The notes beneath the pieces were generated by a model that made no database searches, was not told the origin of the DNA, and saw nothing but the letters and a program-made list of their open reading frames with translations. Shown one piece after another: positions 1 through 9,309 of a stretch of 64,000 nt of DNA. The DNA is from Gemmatimonadota bacterium. GTDB taxonomy: Bacteria; GCA-2686955. The stretch covers positions 1,312 through 65,311 of the forward strand of contig NYZA01000108.1 in the NCBI GenBank assembly GCA_002686955.1. The letters are read 5' to 3'. A program made the translations under genes and the position numbers. Every line of letters begins with the position of its first letter. Within the stretch, counting starts at the first letter, position 1.

Positions 1-75
1 CTGGCCTGTCTCGCGGGCCTGGTCATCTACGCCGGTCCCACGGTCCTCATCTCTTTCCTCTACGCCGGCGTTTGA
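1..75 (+). CDS. 3' end of a CDS entering from upstream of the window (hydrophobic C-terminus)
   Basis: Frame 1 is open from the window edge to TGA at 73-75 (LACLAGLVIYAGPTVLISFLYAGV*). Codons are GC3-rich. Too short to assign. Confidence 0.25.
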   Translation: MACLAGLVIYAGPTVLISFLYAGV

Positions 76-634
76 TCGAGGGGTCGGGGGCCCTGCTGCC
101 GCTCATCCGGGCAGAGCGCAGCTCGTGCGTATCGAGCACTCCGTCGGAGTTCGTGTCGAGGCGCACGAAGCGGCGCATCGCCCGCCCGGCATCGTTCCCA
201 TCGTAGCCTTGGTCCAGCTCGTTTCGGGTCAGGCTGCCGTCGCCATCGGAGTCGTACTGTCGTAAGTGCAACCGGGAGCGCCGCTTTTTCAGTCCTCGTG
301 GTTCTCCCTTCGGTTCCGCCTTCGGCTCGCTCGCATCGCGCTCGCCCAGCTCATCGACGCTCAGAAACCCATCGCCGTCGAAGTCGAGAATGCGAAAGCG
401 CACCTCGCTCGCCTCGCTCGTGCCCCGCTCCACCCGCGCGGCGAACTCCGCCGGGCTCACTCTGCCGTCGCCGTCCGCATCCATGGTCTCCAGTCGATCG
501 GCGAGGGACCGCGAAGGCCCCTCGTCCTCCCTCTCGCCGCATGAGCTCCCCAGGACCGCCAGGGCGAACAAGGCGATGCGCGGAAGGGCGCGGGCGCGGA
601 CTCTGAATCGGTGGTGTTCGGTGGTGGGGCGCAC
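47..634 (-). CDS. secreted/lipoprotein EF-hand calcium-binding repeat protein
   Basis: Four canonical EF-hand loops (DADGDGRVSPAEF, DFDGDGFLSVDEL, DSDGDGSLTRNEL, DTNSDGVLDTHEL). N-terminal signal with lipobox-like LAVLGSSC. Confidence 0.8.
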   Translation of the reverse strand: MRPTTEHHRFRVRARALPRIALFALAVLGSSCGEREDEGPSRSLADRLETMDADGDGRVSPAEFAARVERGTSEASEVRFRILDFDGDGFLSVDELGERDASEPKAEPKGEPRGLKKRRSRLHLRQYDSDGDGSLTRNELDQGYDGNDAGRAMRRFVRLDTNSDGVLDTHELRSARMSGSRAPDPSIKRRRRGKR

Positions 635-707
635 GACCTGAGTTTCGCCTTGATGAGCCTAGGAAAGCAAGACATCAGACCTCTCGATGGCGGCATCGAT
701 TTGTGAG

Positions 708-850
708 AGGAGGGGGAAGAAGAGGGGGGATGACCGAGTATTGGCCCGCCGCTCTCCGCCATTCGCAGCCAGCCAAGCCCAACGGCTCCGCTCCCCCGAA
801 CTTCCCGCCCTCGTTGCTCTCGAAGCGCCGCGGCGCGACGCGCCCCACAG
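708..850 (+). repeat. dispersed ~150-bp intergenic repeat, copy A
   Basis: Hand alignment to 9135-9285 (reverse) and 42309-42400. Shared blocks are GACCGAGTATTGG, TCTCCGCC and GGCTCCGCTCCCCCGAAC. Confidence 0.75.
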
Positions 851-942
851 CATCTCCGTGCGCCAGGTGTCAACTTCACCCCCCTCCACGTGCGAGAATC
901 GGTGCGATCATCGGTGGGGCGCGCCGAGCGTGGTCGTTTTCG

Positions 943-1040
943 CGGGCAAGCAGGGCGGGAACTTCGAGAGGAGAGGAGCCACTGGGCGGGCCTGGCCGGG
1001 AATAACGGCTCTTCGCCCGACAGTGCGCGGTCCCCAAGGG
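943..1040 (-). repeat. partial inverted copy of the same intergenic repeat (copy D)
   Basis: GGGCAAGCAGGGCGGGAACTTCGAGAGGAGAGGAGCCACTGGG is the near reverse complement of 776-820. It also aligns with 9170-9215. Together with copy A it forms a long inverted repeat just upstream of the ATG at 1046. Confidence 0.65.
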
Positions 1041-1045
1041 TATCT

Positions 1046-2719
1046 ATGCCTATTTCGAAACCTCAGCGGTCTATGAGCAGGCTGGTCAGTGCGTCGCTCG
1101 GCTGCCTGGCCGGTCTCGTTGCGCTGGAGATCGGGCTGCGAATCGCCGGTCTGGTCTTCCTGGGGCTGGAGCAAAGGCGGAACGCTCTGGGCGAGGGCGA
1201 CTCCGCGGTCACGATCTTGTGCTTGGGAGAGTCGAGCACCGCGCTGGGGGGTGATTATGCCTATCCGCGGCAGCTCGAAACGCTGCTGAACGAGCACGCT
1301 CCGCCCGCGACGAGCTTCCGGGTGGTCAACGGGGGTCGGCCCGGAATCGATTCCTCGGTCATCGTCCGCGATCTCGGGAAGAAGCTGGAGGAGTGGCGGC
1401 CCGATATCGTTACGGTGATGATGGGGATCAACGACGGGATCATGAGCTTCGTCGATCTCAACCAGTATCAGGACAAGCCGCTTCACCGTCGACTCCTGAC
1501 GCGCCTGAAGATTTACCGCCTGGTGCGCTATTTCGCGATTGCGCTCGGCGCCGAGGATGAGAGTCGGCGTCACGCGCGGCACCTCGAAGAGCGGGAGAGG
1601 AGCCTGCGCCGCGCCGTCGACGAGCGCGGCGATCCTCTAGATTCGATCGTTCTGGCGATGTTCTACCGCCGCCGGGCGAGGTACCGCGAGGCGGAAAGCG
1701 TGCTCTTGGAGCTGCTGTCGCGCGAGCCGAATCCCCGCGCAACCGTTGACCTCGCACATATTTACCACGATATGGGCCGCTTCGATGAGGAGGAAACGCT
1801 CTATCGCGGAGTCATCGAGCGCCATCCGGACTACGGTCCCGCCTATCGCTGGCTGATCCGTCTGCTCGGGCATCTCGAGAGAGAGGGGGAGGTTGAGGGG
1901 CTGCTCCTGGATCTCGTCGAGGCGAGCGTGGACGCCAATTCGACCATCGAGCTGGCGAAGTTCTACCGCGGCGAGAAACGCTTCGACGAGGCGGAATCGA
2001 GATACCGCGAGGCCATGAGGATCGACGCCGACAATCCGTACGCGCCGATCGACTTCGCGTCGATGCTTCGCGAGATGGGAAGAACGAGGGGGGCGGAGAA
2101 GCTACTGCGACGAGCGGCCCGGACGAAGATGGGGAGCGCGCACGCCAAGCTCGAGCTGGCGAGGCTTCAGATGCAGATCGGCCGGATCGACGAGGCGCGG
2201 CGCCTGCTGGAGGCCCTGATCGACAATCCCCCTCCGAAATACATGCCCGCGGAGTTCTCATGGGACGTGCGTCCCTACGATTCTTCCAGCATCGCTCAGG
2301 AGTTGGCACGGCTATACCGAGGGCAGGGGGACGAGGGGCGTGCCCGGGCGGTCCTCGAGAGGGTCGCTCCGAACCGCATGAGTTTGCGTAACTACCAGAC
2401 ATTGGTCGCCGAGGTCATGGCCGAAGTGGGGCGCCTCGTTATCATCCAGTATCCCGTGCGCTCCCTGGCCCCTCTACGGGCGATGGTCCCCGAGCGGGAG
2501 GGCGTGGTCTTTGTCGACAGCGAGAAGAGCTTCAAAGACGCGATCGCCGACGAGGGGTACAATGCGCTTTTCCTCGACCATTTCGCCACCGATTTCGGGC
2601 ACACCAACCGCAGGGGGCACGCCCTGATCGCGCGCAACACCGCGCGCGTCATCCTGAGCGAGTTCTTTGGGGTCGACGATCCCGATCTCTCCCCGCCGGC
2701 CCCTCGTTCCGATCGATGA
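1046..2719 (+). CDS. membrane-anchored SGNH/GDSL-family hydrolase with a TPR-repeat region inserted between catalytic blocks (paralog 1)
   Basis: N-terminal TM helix (LVSASLGCLAGLVALEIGLRIAGLVF). Block I is ILCLGESST, block III is VMMGINDG, and block V (DFGHTNRRGH) lies about 380 aa later. TPR-like helical repeats sit in between. Start chosen at ATG 1046 rather than the ORF-track start at 890. Confidence 0.75.
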   Translation: MPISKPQRSMSRLVSASLGCLAGLVALEIGLRIAGLVFLGLEQRRNALGEGDSAVTILCLGESSTALGGDYAYPRQLETLLNEHAPPATSFRVVNGGRPGIDSSVIVRDLGKKLEEWRPDIVTVMMGINDGIMSFVDLNQYQDKPLHRRLLTRLKIYRLVRYFAIALGAEDESRRHARHLEERERSLRRAVDERGDPLDSIVLAMFYRRRARYREAESVLLELLSREPNPRATVDLAHIYHDMGRFDEEETLYRGVIERHPDYGPAYRWLIRLLGHLEREGEVEGLLLDLVEASVDANSTIELAKFYRGEKRFDEAESRYREAMRIDADNPYAPIDFASMLREMGRTRGAEKLLRRAARTKMGSAHAKLELARLQMQIGRIDEARRLLEALIDNPPPKYMPAEFSWDVRPYDSSSIAQELARLYRGQGDEGRARAVLERVAPNRMSLRNYQTLVAEVMAEVGRLVIIQYPVRSLAPLRAMVPEREGVVFVDSEKSFKDAIADEGYNALFLDHFATDFGHTNRRGHALIARNTARVILSEFFGVDDPDLSPPAPRSDR

Positions 2720-3852
2720 CCATCTATCTCGACAACGCCGCGACCACGCGGCCCGACCCCGCGGTGGTGGCCGTGATCGTGGCCGCGATGCGCGCGTCTC
2801 ACGGCAACGCATCGTCGGTGCATGGGAGCGGCGTTCGGGCGGCGATGGCGCTCGAGCGGGCGCGTGCGACGATCTCCGCCCGGCTCGGGTGCCGGTCCGA
2901 TGAGCTGGTTTTCACCTCCGGCGGGACCGAGTCGAACAACCTGGCGCTCAAGGGGGTCGCAGCCCGGCAAGCCGCGCGTGGGGGCGGACGGATCGTCACG
3001 ACTCGGATCGAGCATCCCAGCGTGGCCCGACCGGTGGAGTGGCTCGGCGAACAGGGGTTCGAGCCGGAGTTCTTGCAGGTGGACGACCGGGGTTTCGTCG
3101 ACCCGGACGATCTGCGGAAGGCGCTTCGGCGGAAGACGGCGATCGTGTCGATCGCGCAGGGGAACGGCGAGGTGGGAACGATTCAGGCGATCGCCGAGCT
3201 CGGGGCGATCTGTCGCGCGGCCGGCGCCCTCTTCCATGTCGATGCGAGCCAGAGCTACACCAAGGTCCCGGTCGATGTCGATGCGGGGAGCGTCGACTTG
3301 CTGACGATCAGCGCCCACAAGATCCACGGCCCGCTCGGAGTGGGGGCGCTCTATTTCAGGCGGGGGGTCGCCCTCGACCCGCTCTTGCACGGCGGAGGGC
3401 ACGAAGGTGGGCTGCGCTCGGGCAGCTCCAATGTTCCGGGAATCGCGGGATTCGGAAAGGCGGTAGAGATCGCCGGCGATGCGGGCGTCGCGGAGATGGC
3501 GCGGTTGCGAGATCGTTTCATTGGCGAGGTCCGCGAGCGCATCTCGGGCGTGTTGCTGAACGGACCCACGGGTGAGCACAGGCTGTGCAACAACATCAAT
3601 CTCTGCATCGACGGGGTCGAAGGACGGACTCTGCAGGCCGATCTGAGTCGGCGCGGAATCGCGATCTCCACGGGATCGGCTTGCTCATCGACCGTGCGCA
3701 CGCCGAGCGAGGTGTTGACGGCGATGGGGCTGGACGAGCAAAAAGCGCACACGGCCGTGCGAATTACCCTGAGCAAATGGACGACCGAAGCGGAGCTGGA
3801 TCAGGCCCTGGCCGCCATAGAAGAGACGGTTGAACGGGAACGCGGACGATGA
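2716..3852 (+). CDS. cysteine desulfurase, NifS/IscS family (PLP-dependent)
   Basis: Motifs YLDNAATT, SGGTESNN, SAHKIHGP (PLP lysine) and STGSACSS (active-site Cys loop). ATGA overlap with the upstream gene. Confidence 0.9.
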   Translation: MTIYLDNAATTRPDPAVVAVIVAAMRASHGNASSVHGSGVRAAMALERARATISARLGCRSDELVFTSGGTESNNLALKGVAARQAARGGGRIVTTRIEHPSVARPVEWLGEQGFEPEFLQVDDRGFVDPDDLRKALRRKTAIVSIAQGNGEVGTIQAIAELGAICRAAGALFHVDASQSYTKVPVDVDAGSVDLLTISAHKIHGPLGVGALYFRRGVALDPLLHGGGHEGGLRSGSSNVPGIAGFGKAVEIAGDAGVAEMARLRDRFIGEVRERISGVLLNGPTGEHRLCNNINLCIDGVEGRTLQADLSRRGIAISTGSACSSTVRTPSEVLTAMGLDEQKAHTAVRITLSKWTTEAELDQALAAIEETVERERGR

Positions 3853-4088
3853 GTGAGCTGAAGGCGGACGAAGAGATCGATCTGACGGGGGTGCCCTGTC
3901 CGCAAAACGCCGCCCGGGCCCTCTTGCGGCTCGAGACCATGGAGACGGGCGAGCTCCTGCGGATCGTGATCGACGATGGCGAGCCGATCGAACAGGTGCC
4001 GAATTCGGTGACGGAAGAAGGGCATGCCCTGCGCAGGCGGGATCAGCTGGGCGACGGCCGCTGGGTTCTCTTCATCGAGGTGGCGTGA
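3849..4088 (+). CDS. TusA/SirA-family sulfurtransferase-like protein
   Basis: 79 aa with the GVPCPQ (CPxP) motif near the N-terminus. ATGA overlap with the desulfurase gene. Confidence 0.75.
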   Translation: MSELKADEEIDLTGVPCPQNAARALLRLETMETGELLRIVIDDGEPIEQVPNSVTEEGHALRRRDQLGDGRWVLFIEVA

Positions 4089-5745
4089 GTTCGTAAAGAT
4101 CGAAAATGGTGTCGGCGATATGCTCCGCCAGCACGACGGCCCCTTCGGCGGTGTAGTGTGAGAAGCTATAGGGGAACGAAGGCTCGAAGAAGTACTGGTC
4201 GGGAGATGCATCGAAAACATGTTCGTTGTCGATGAACACTACGTCGTCGTCAGCTGGAGCGTACTTGTGCAGAAGGTCGAGGCTGAAGGAAGGGTATTGC
4301 ATCACAATTAGCTTGATCCCTTCGCGCTTCGCCAATTCGTAAAGCCGCCGGTAGCTCGCTTCGAGGCTAGGGATCTCGCATGCCGCCTGATCCAGCAGCT
4401 CCGGGGCGCGATCCGCTTCGCCGGCGAAGCGGAAGAGCTTGGCGAGCTCGAAGTACTCGGCCATGCGTCCGGTCGTCTCAAGGAGCTCGCGGCGCATCCG
4501 CTCCTCTTTTTCGAGCTCGCCCGTTTCCCGGTAGACGGTGCTCAGTAGCCACATATTTACATGCTTGCGGGGCGTTATTCTTAGTGCGCGCACAAGATGA
4601 AACTCGGCCCTTACCCATTCGTTCGTCGCGATGAACACCCTGCCCAAGGCGGCATGTTTGAGCATTCTGAGCGAGGGGAAGATCTCATTGTATCGCTTTG
4701 CCCAGATAGTCGCGTCGACAGCGCGCAGGAGTGCAAGCGAGTTCTCGCAATCCCCCAGCTCCTCATTGGCCTCGGCGAGAGTAAGGTAGATATAGTTCTG
4801 GACCAATTGCCGCTGCCGGAAATCACGCGAATTCGACAACGCTTCAAGAAGGACCGACTCCGCTTCGAGAAGGCGGCCTTCATCGATGAGCAGCTCGGCC
4901 AGCGCAACTCTGTACATACCTTCACTGGGGTGATGATCGATCGCGGCCTCCAGCATCCGCTCCGCTTCGCGGCTCTTTCCCCCCGTGGCCAAAACGCGCG
5001 CGAGAACGTTGTAGCCGATATCGTGTTCGGCGATGGTGTCTTCGAGCAGGCGCCGTGCGTGCTCGAGACGACCGATATCCCAGTAGTAGAGCGCCATCCG
5101 CAAATTCGGCAAGGTCAGCGCGCGCAGCTCGGGTGCATCGACGAGCCGAGTCTCACGAACCCAGGTTTTCAACTGCTGGGTGATGCTCTTCGTGGAGCTG
5201 GGGAGATCCCCTGCCGGGGGGGGGGCGGCTGCGTTCGCATCGTATCGCAGCATGACGCTCTCGTAGAGCCAGCTGACGAGCTGCACCGTGCGCAGCGAGG
5301 CGAACCAGGGGGGCAGATCGGCGGTGGCGGGCGTGCCGTTCTTCGCGGTGTCCTTGATCCCCATCATTGCGATGACCGCATGGGGGCGGTAATCGGGCAA
5401 TGTGCTTTCGAGAAGATCGATGGCGCTTCTTGTCTTCCCCGCCATCATTCCGAGATTGAGAACGCGAAAATCGACCGTCGACTGGCGAGAGTCGAGGATC
5501 TCTTGAAGTCGAGAGGGGTACGAGGTGCGGGGCACGAGCATCTTGCCCGATTCATCGCCGGCCACCGCGGTCGTCGACTCGCCGATGCAGGCGATGCGGA
5601 TCTCCTCTTCCCCGCCCCCGAGGGCGGCGCGGTTGCGACGCGCCTGCAGACGCACGAATCCCTCGTAGGCCAGGGCCAGCCCGATCTCCAGAATGGCCAA
5701 GGTCAGAATCGTCCCGATGATCAGGGAGATGAGCTTGCGTCTCAT
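4072..5745 (-). CDS. membrane-anchored SGNH-family hydrolase with inserted TPR region (paralog 2)
   Basis: TM helix LISLIIGTILTLAILEIGLALA. Block I is IACIGESTT, block III is AMMGIKDT, and the C-terminal block is SFSHYTAEGAVVLA. TPR-like repeats between them. Same architecture as 1046-2719. Confidence 0.75.
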   Translation of the reverse strand: MRRKLISLIIGTILTLAILEIGLALAYEGFVRLQARRNRAALGGGEEEIRIACIGESTTAVAGDESGKMLVPRTSYPSRLQEILDSRQSTVDFRVLNLGMMAGKTRSAIDLLESTLPDYRPHAVIAMMGIKDTAKNGTPATADLPPWFASLRTVQLVSWLYESVMLRYDANAAAPPPAGDLPSSTKSITQQLKTWVRETRLVDAPELRALTLPNLRMALYYWDIGRLEHARRLLEDTIAEHDIGYNVLARVLATGGKSREAERMLEAAIDHHPSEGMYRVALAELLIDEGRLLEAESVLLEALSNSRDFRQRQLVQNYIYLTLAEANEELGDCENSLALLRAVDATIWAKRYNEIFPSLRMLKHAALGRVFIATNEWVRAEFHLVRALRITPRKHVNMWLLSTVYRETGELEKEERMRRELLETTGRMAEYFELAKLFRFAGEADRAPELLDQAACEIPSLEASYRRLYELAKREGIKLIVMQYPSFSLDLLHKYAPADDDVVFIDNEHVFDASPDQYFFEPSFPYSFSHYTAEGAVVLAEHIADTIFDLYELTPPR

Positions 5746-6132
5746 CCGGCGGTCTCGTGGGCGGCGGGCAGGTGGGAGAGGTTCAGCACCAGGTGCATGA
5801 TGCCAATTGTACTACCAACAAGGGCCAGGATCAGCTCGGCGGCTGTTTTCGTTGGTTCCCCGCGGGTATCCTCCACGGCATCGAACCAACGCGTCGTTCC
5901 CTCTCCCCGCGCTTGCCGTACGAGGCGGCTCATCTCTTCGCCGGCTTGGAGTTGGTCTGCGCGGCGGGTGTCCTGGTATGGCTCGCCAGAGGCGGCCGGC
6001 GGCACGTGGTCTTCACGCTGCTCTGCGTCTGCTACGGCGCGGCGATATCGCAGGCGCCAGCCCTGGAACGGTATCTCTTGGCGCTGGCGCCGCTCGCGGC
6101 CGGGCTGATCGCCGCTGCACTGGCATGGCTGC

Positions 6133-6285
6133 CTGAGGGTTCGCGCAAGAATAGCTTGTCATTCGGCATCCCATCTGCACCTCATCTCCGTCCGATCGGC
6201 GAGCCCCGAAAGCCTCGAAGTAGCGCTGATACTCCTCCGGTTTCGGAGCTCACTGATCGGCCTCATCCCGATCTTCGGTACAGGC
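6133..6285 (+). mobile_element. partial MITE copy related to the IS at 62168-64000 (one terminal repeat only)
   Basis: CTGAGGGTTCGCGCAAGAATAGCTT plus about 130 bp aligns by eye to the reverse complement of the complete MITE at 13421-13608. The same peptide string, IPSAPxLRPIG..PPVS..DRP.P, appears in read-through translations. No second inverted repeat seen. Confidence 0.7.
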
Positions 6286-6338
6286 TGGATCGACTCCCGC
6301 CGAGCCGTCGCGGGCGGGCTTTGGTAGAACCACCTTTG

Positions 6339-6854
6339 ATGCAGGTCGACATGGAGTCGGCACAACCATCGCCCTTCGACGTACTGTCCGTCGTCGTGTC
6401 GATGCAGACGGAACCGTGGGTCGAATCGGCGCGTGGACATACCGAACGAGGGGGTGATTGGGTCGAGATCGAGGATGCCACTGCCTGGGGAATGGTGCCA
6501 AAGCTACGCATCTACTGGCGATCACGGGGACAACGCTGGTTCCACTTGAACCGCTCCGTAGCGACACCCCTCTTCATTGACGGAGAGGCTCATCGATACG
6601 AGCTCGGCATGGCGGGCGTACCGGAATGGACAGGGTCCGACAGCATCCGGGCCATCGGCGTGGATCTCGTCCCAGGGAAGGCCTGGCGAAGTGCGGATCC
6701 CCCCCTCGAGTGGATCGTAGCCGAGTTCTCGACATTCGAGCTTGGGCACCTGCGATCCGAGACGATGCTCTACAATCATCCCGATGTCGCTCCCACGGAT
6801 TCTGTTGCTCAACCCGCCTGGAAAGGCGCACTACACGCGCGACTGTCTCCATAG
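6339..6854 (+). CDS. hypothetical protein (Trp-rich, no recognised domain)
   Basis: Downstream part of ORF 5757-6854, beginning after the MITE remnant. Codon third positions are moderately GC-rich. Overlaps the radical SAM start region. No motif recognised. Confidence 0.35.
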   Translation: MQVDMESAQPSPFDVLSVVVSMQTEPWVESARGHTERGGDWVEIEDATAWGMVPKLRIYWRSRGQRWFHLNRSVATPLFIDGEAHRYELGMAGVPEWTGSDSIRAIGVDLVPGKAWRSADPPLEWIVAEFSTFELGHLRSETMLYNHPDVAPTDSVAQPAWKGALHARLSP

Positions 6855-8136
6855 CAATATCACAAAATCGGACTACTACTGGCACCAGCTCGATCTCTTG
6901 CTGCAGAGCGGATGGCTCGCGCAGGTCGGCGAAACTGAGGTTCTCGACGCGGTGGTCGAGCGACTGCCCTTCCAGGCCGCCTTGCGTCGTGCCTGCGCCA
7001 AGAGCCACGACTATGTGCTGATGATGACCGGAGAGCGGTCGATGGACGAGGATCGCCGTTTCGCCGCCGCCCTCGCCGAGCATCACCCAGATGTGAAGAT
7101 CTTCGCCTCGGGCGATGTGGTCTTCTTCCGTGGCGAGAAGCCCTTTTCGGAGTATCGCAACCTGCGCGGTGTGATTACCGACTTCACGGCCGATGGACTC
7201 AAGCGATACATCGCGGGCGAGCGAGGGCCGCTCCCGGGGCTTCGGTACTTGGCGGACGACGGCACGCTCCAAACCGATCGGCCGGCCGAAAAAACAACCA
7301 GCTATCCACGACCCCGCCACGAGTCCTTTCCCCTCGAGCGGTACCGTTTGCCTTTCGGAAGGTCGATCCCCTTTGGCAGTGTGCTCACAACCTTCGGTTG
7401 CCCTTATCCCTGTCGCTACTGCAACGCGCGCATGGTGCGCTTCCGCACGCGGCCTGTCCTCGACGTCATCGAGGAAATGTCTTGGCTGTGGCAACATGGG
7501 CTGCGAAAGCTGTACATCCGCGATCCGACCTTCGGCGTCCGTCCCGATGAAGCCCTGGCAATATGCCGTGAGATGGTGCGCGAGGGGCTGGTTTTCGAAT
7601 GGAACGCATTCACGAGGCCGGATATTCTGGACGATCAGCTCCTCGAAGCGATGGCCTCGAGTGGCTGCGTGTTGGTGCAGCTCGGCCTCGAGACACCTGA
7701 TCTCGATGCGCTGCGGGCTCAGGGGAAACGCTTCGTCGAGTCGTCTATCCGCGATACTATCGAGCGATGCCATGCGCTTGGGATCGAGGTGTGCGGGCAT
7801 TTCATGATCGGTTTTCCGGGAGAAGATCGGAGCACCTGGGAGCACATCGCCGACTACGCCATCGATGTAGGTTGCGACTACTTCGCGCTAAACGTCGCCG
7901 AAGTGCGACTGGGCACCAGCCTCACCAATGAGGATCCAGTCACCACGCTGGAACGTCGGCGCTACTTTTTCGATGAGAGTGAGCTCAGAGCGCAAATCCC
8001 GCGCCTCAATCGTCGTTTCTACGCTCGTCCTGGCTTCGTCTTGAAGCAGTTGCGAGGCGTGAGCGACACTCGTCAACTCTGGAGTCTCGCCCGAAAAGGG
8101 ATCGGTGTACTCGCGCCGTGGGCGACCAGCCCTTGA
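6784..8136 (+). CDS. B12-binding-domain radical SAM protein (class B)
   Basis: N-terminal Rossmann-like cobalamin-binding region (ILLLNPPGK...). Radical SAM cluster motif GCPYPCRYC. ATG at 6784 preferred to TTG at 6742. Confidence 0.85.
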   Translation: MSLPRILLLNPPGKAHYTRDCLHSNITKSDYYWHQLDLLLQSGWLAQVGETEVLDAVVERLPFQAALRRACAKSHDYVLMMTGERSMDEDRRFAAALAEHHPDVKIFASGDVVFFRGEKPFSEYRNLRGVITDFTADGLKRYIAGERGPLPGLRYLADDGTLQTDRPAEKTTSYPRPRHESFPLERYRLPFGRSIPFGSVLTTFGCPYPCRYCNARMVRFRTRPVLDVIEEMSWLWQHGLRKLYIRDPTFGVRPDEALAICREMVREGLVFEWNAFTRPDILDDQLLEAMASSGCVLVQLGLETPDLDALRAQGKRFVESSIRDTIERCHALGIEVCGHFMIGFPGEDRSTWEHIADYAIDVGCDYFALNVAEVRLGTSLTNEDPVTTLERRRYFFDESELRAQIPRLNRRFYARPGFVLKQLRGVSDTRQLWSLARKGIGVLAPWATSP

Positions 8137-9071
8137 AGCTCCTCGTTACCGGCGCTCTCGGATACGTCGGGCGTTTCCTCGTGGATGCGCTGGGCGATGC
8201 CGGGCATGCGGTGGTTGCGCACGCGCGCCGCACGCCACCAACGGATTTCTATCGGCGTGCGCCGCATGGCACTGTTGTCGCTGATCTGTCGTTATTGGGT
8301 GCTATCGATGCGGCACTCGATGAAGTGGATGCAGTGGTGCACTGCGCTGCGAGCATGTACGGCGAGGAGGAAGCAATCCACCGGCGCAACAATGTCGCGG
8401 CCACGGAGCAGCTATTGCGATCGGTGAGGAAGGCCGGCTGCCCACGCCTCGTCCACCTGTCGTCCTTCGCGGTGTACGGCAAGCGGCGGCAAACCGGCAC
8501 CACCGAAGATGCGCCACTGGATCGTTCAGGCGATCCATACACACGCACCAAGATTCTCGCCGAAGATGCCGTGCGCGCCGCGGACGATCTCGAGACGGTG
8601 ATCTTGCGACCGGGTCTCGTCTGGGGTGGACCCGACGACGAACGCATCAACCAGCGTCTGGAACGTCTCTTGCGTTCACGGATCTTTGTTTTTCCAGGAC
8701 GCTGCGACACACCCTTGCCCATGACGCACATCGCCAACTTGGCCGAGGCAGTGAGCCGATCGCTCACGGTGCAAGGAGAGCGGGGCGAGGCGTTCAACAT
8801 CACCGACGCGGAGCCGGTGAGTCTGAGAGAGTTCGTCGAGGCCCTGGCACGAGACCGGGGCCTGCCTCCGCCGCGCATTGCGCTGCCCTTGGCGCTCATC
8901 CGCCCCGCCGTGCGAGCCCTGGACCTCGCTGCGAGGATCGCCGGCGTGTCACTGCAAAAAGATGAGTCCCGATTCCGTCTGCTGAACGAGCCCTGCTACT
9001 TCGACATCGAAAAGGCGCGCGAACACCTTGGCTATCATCCGCGAGCACGCGAGTTCTTGGGCGACAAGTAG
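8133..9071 (+). CDS. NAD-dependent epimerase/dehydratase family protein
   Basis: KLLVTGALGYVGRFLV glycine-rich NAD motif and a YTRTK (YxxxK) catalytic motif. A TTG start at 8133 overlaps the upstream stop (TTGA); the ORF-track GTG at 8118 is the alternative. Confidence 0.85.
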   Translation: MKLLVTGALGYVGRFLVDALGDAGHAVVAHARRTPPTDFYRRAPHGTVVADLSLLGAIDAALDEVDAVVHCAASMYGEEEAIHRRNNVAATEQLLRSVRKAGCPRLVHLSSFAVYGKRRQTGTTEDAPLDRSGDPYTRTKILAEDAVRAADDLETVILRPGLVWGGPDDERINQRLERLLRSRIFVFPGRCDTPLPMTHIANLAEAVSRSLTVQGERGEAFNITDAEPVSLREFVEALARDRGLPPPRIALPLALIRPAVRALDLAARIAGVSLQKDESRFRLLNEPCYFDIEKAREHLGYHPRAREFLGDK

Positions 9072-9134
9072 AGTACATAGCCTCGGCTTGATCGATGCGA
9101 GCCAGGCCTGCGCTCCCAGTGGATCGGATCGAGC

Positions 9135-9285
9135 GAAGTGGGGCGGGGTGCGCGAGGCCACATCGCTTCACGGGCAAGCAGGGCGATGCGTTCGGGGGAG
9201 CGGAGCCACGGGGCGTGCCTCGCCGCGAGAGGGCGGAGATCGGCGAACCAATACTCGGTCCATCCCCATCTTCGTCCTCTATGTC
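9135..9285 (-). repeat. dispersed ~150-bp intergenic repeat, copy B
   Basis: The reverse complement aligns with 708-850 over about 150 bp. Lies between convergent genes. Confidence 0.75.
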
Positions 9286-9309
9286 GACTGAATGCCCCAT
9301 GTCGAAACG

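Noticed and set aside
2392-3579. 395-aa - strand ORF opposite the cysteine desulfurase gene; similarly 4597-6108 (+) opposite SGNH-TPR paralog 2, 6574-7845 (-) opposite the B12 radical SAM gene, and 16089-17582 (-) opposite GH5
   Set aside because: No recognisable motifs and skewed Arg/Pro composition. The opposite strand carries unambiguous PLP, SGNH, radical SAM and GH5 motifs.
5757-6338. N-terminal part of the 365-aa ORF 5757-6854, including a hydrophobic stretch
   Set aside because: This part reads straight through the MITE remnant at 6133-6285 and overlaps the divergent promoter region of the SGNH-TPR gene. It is probably not a single genuine CDS. Only the post-MITE part is kept, at low confidence.
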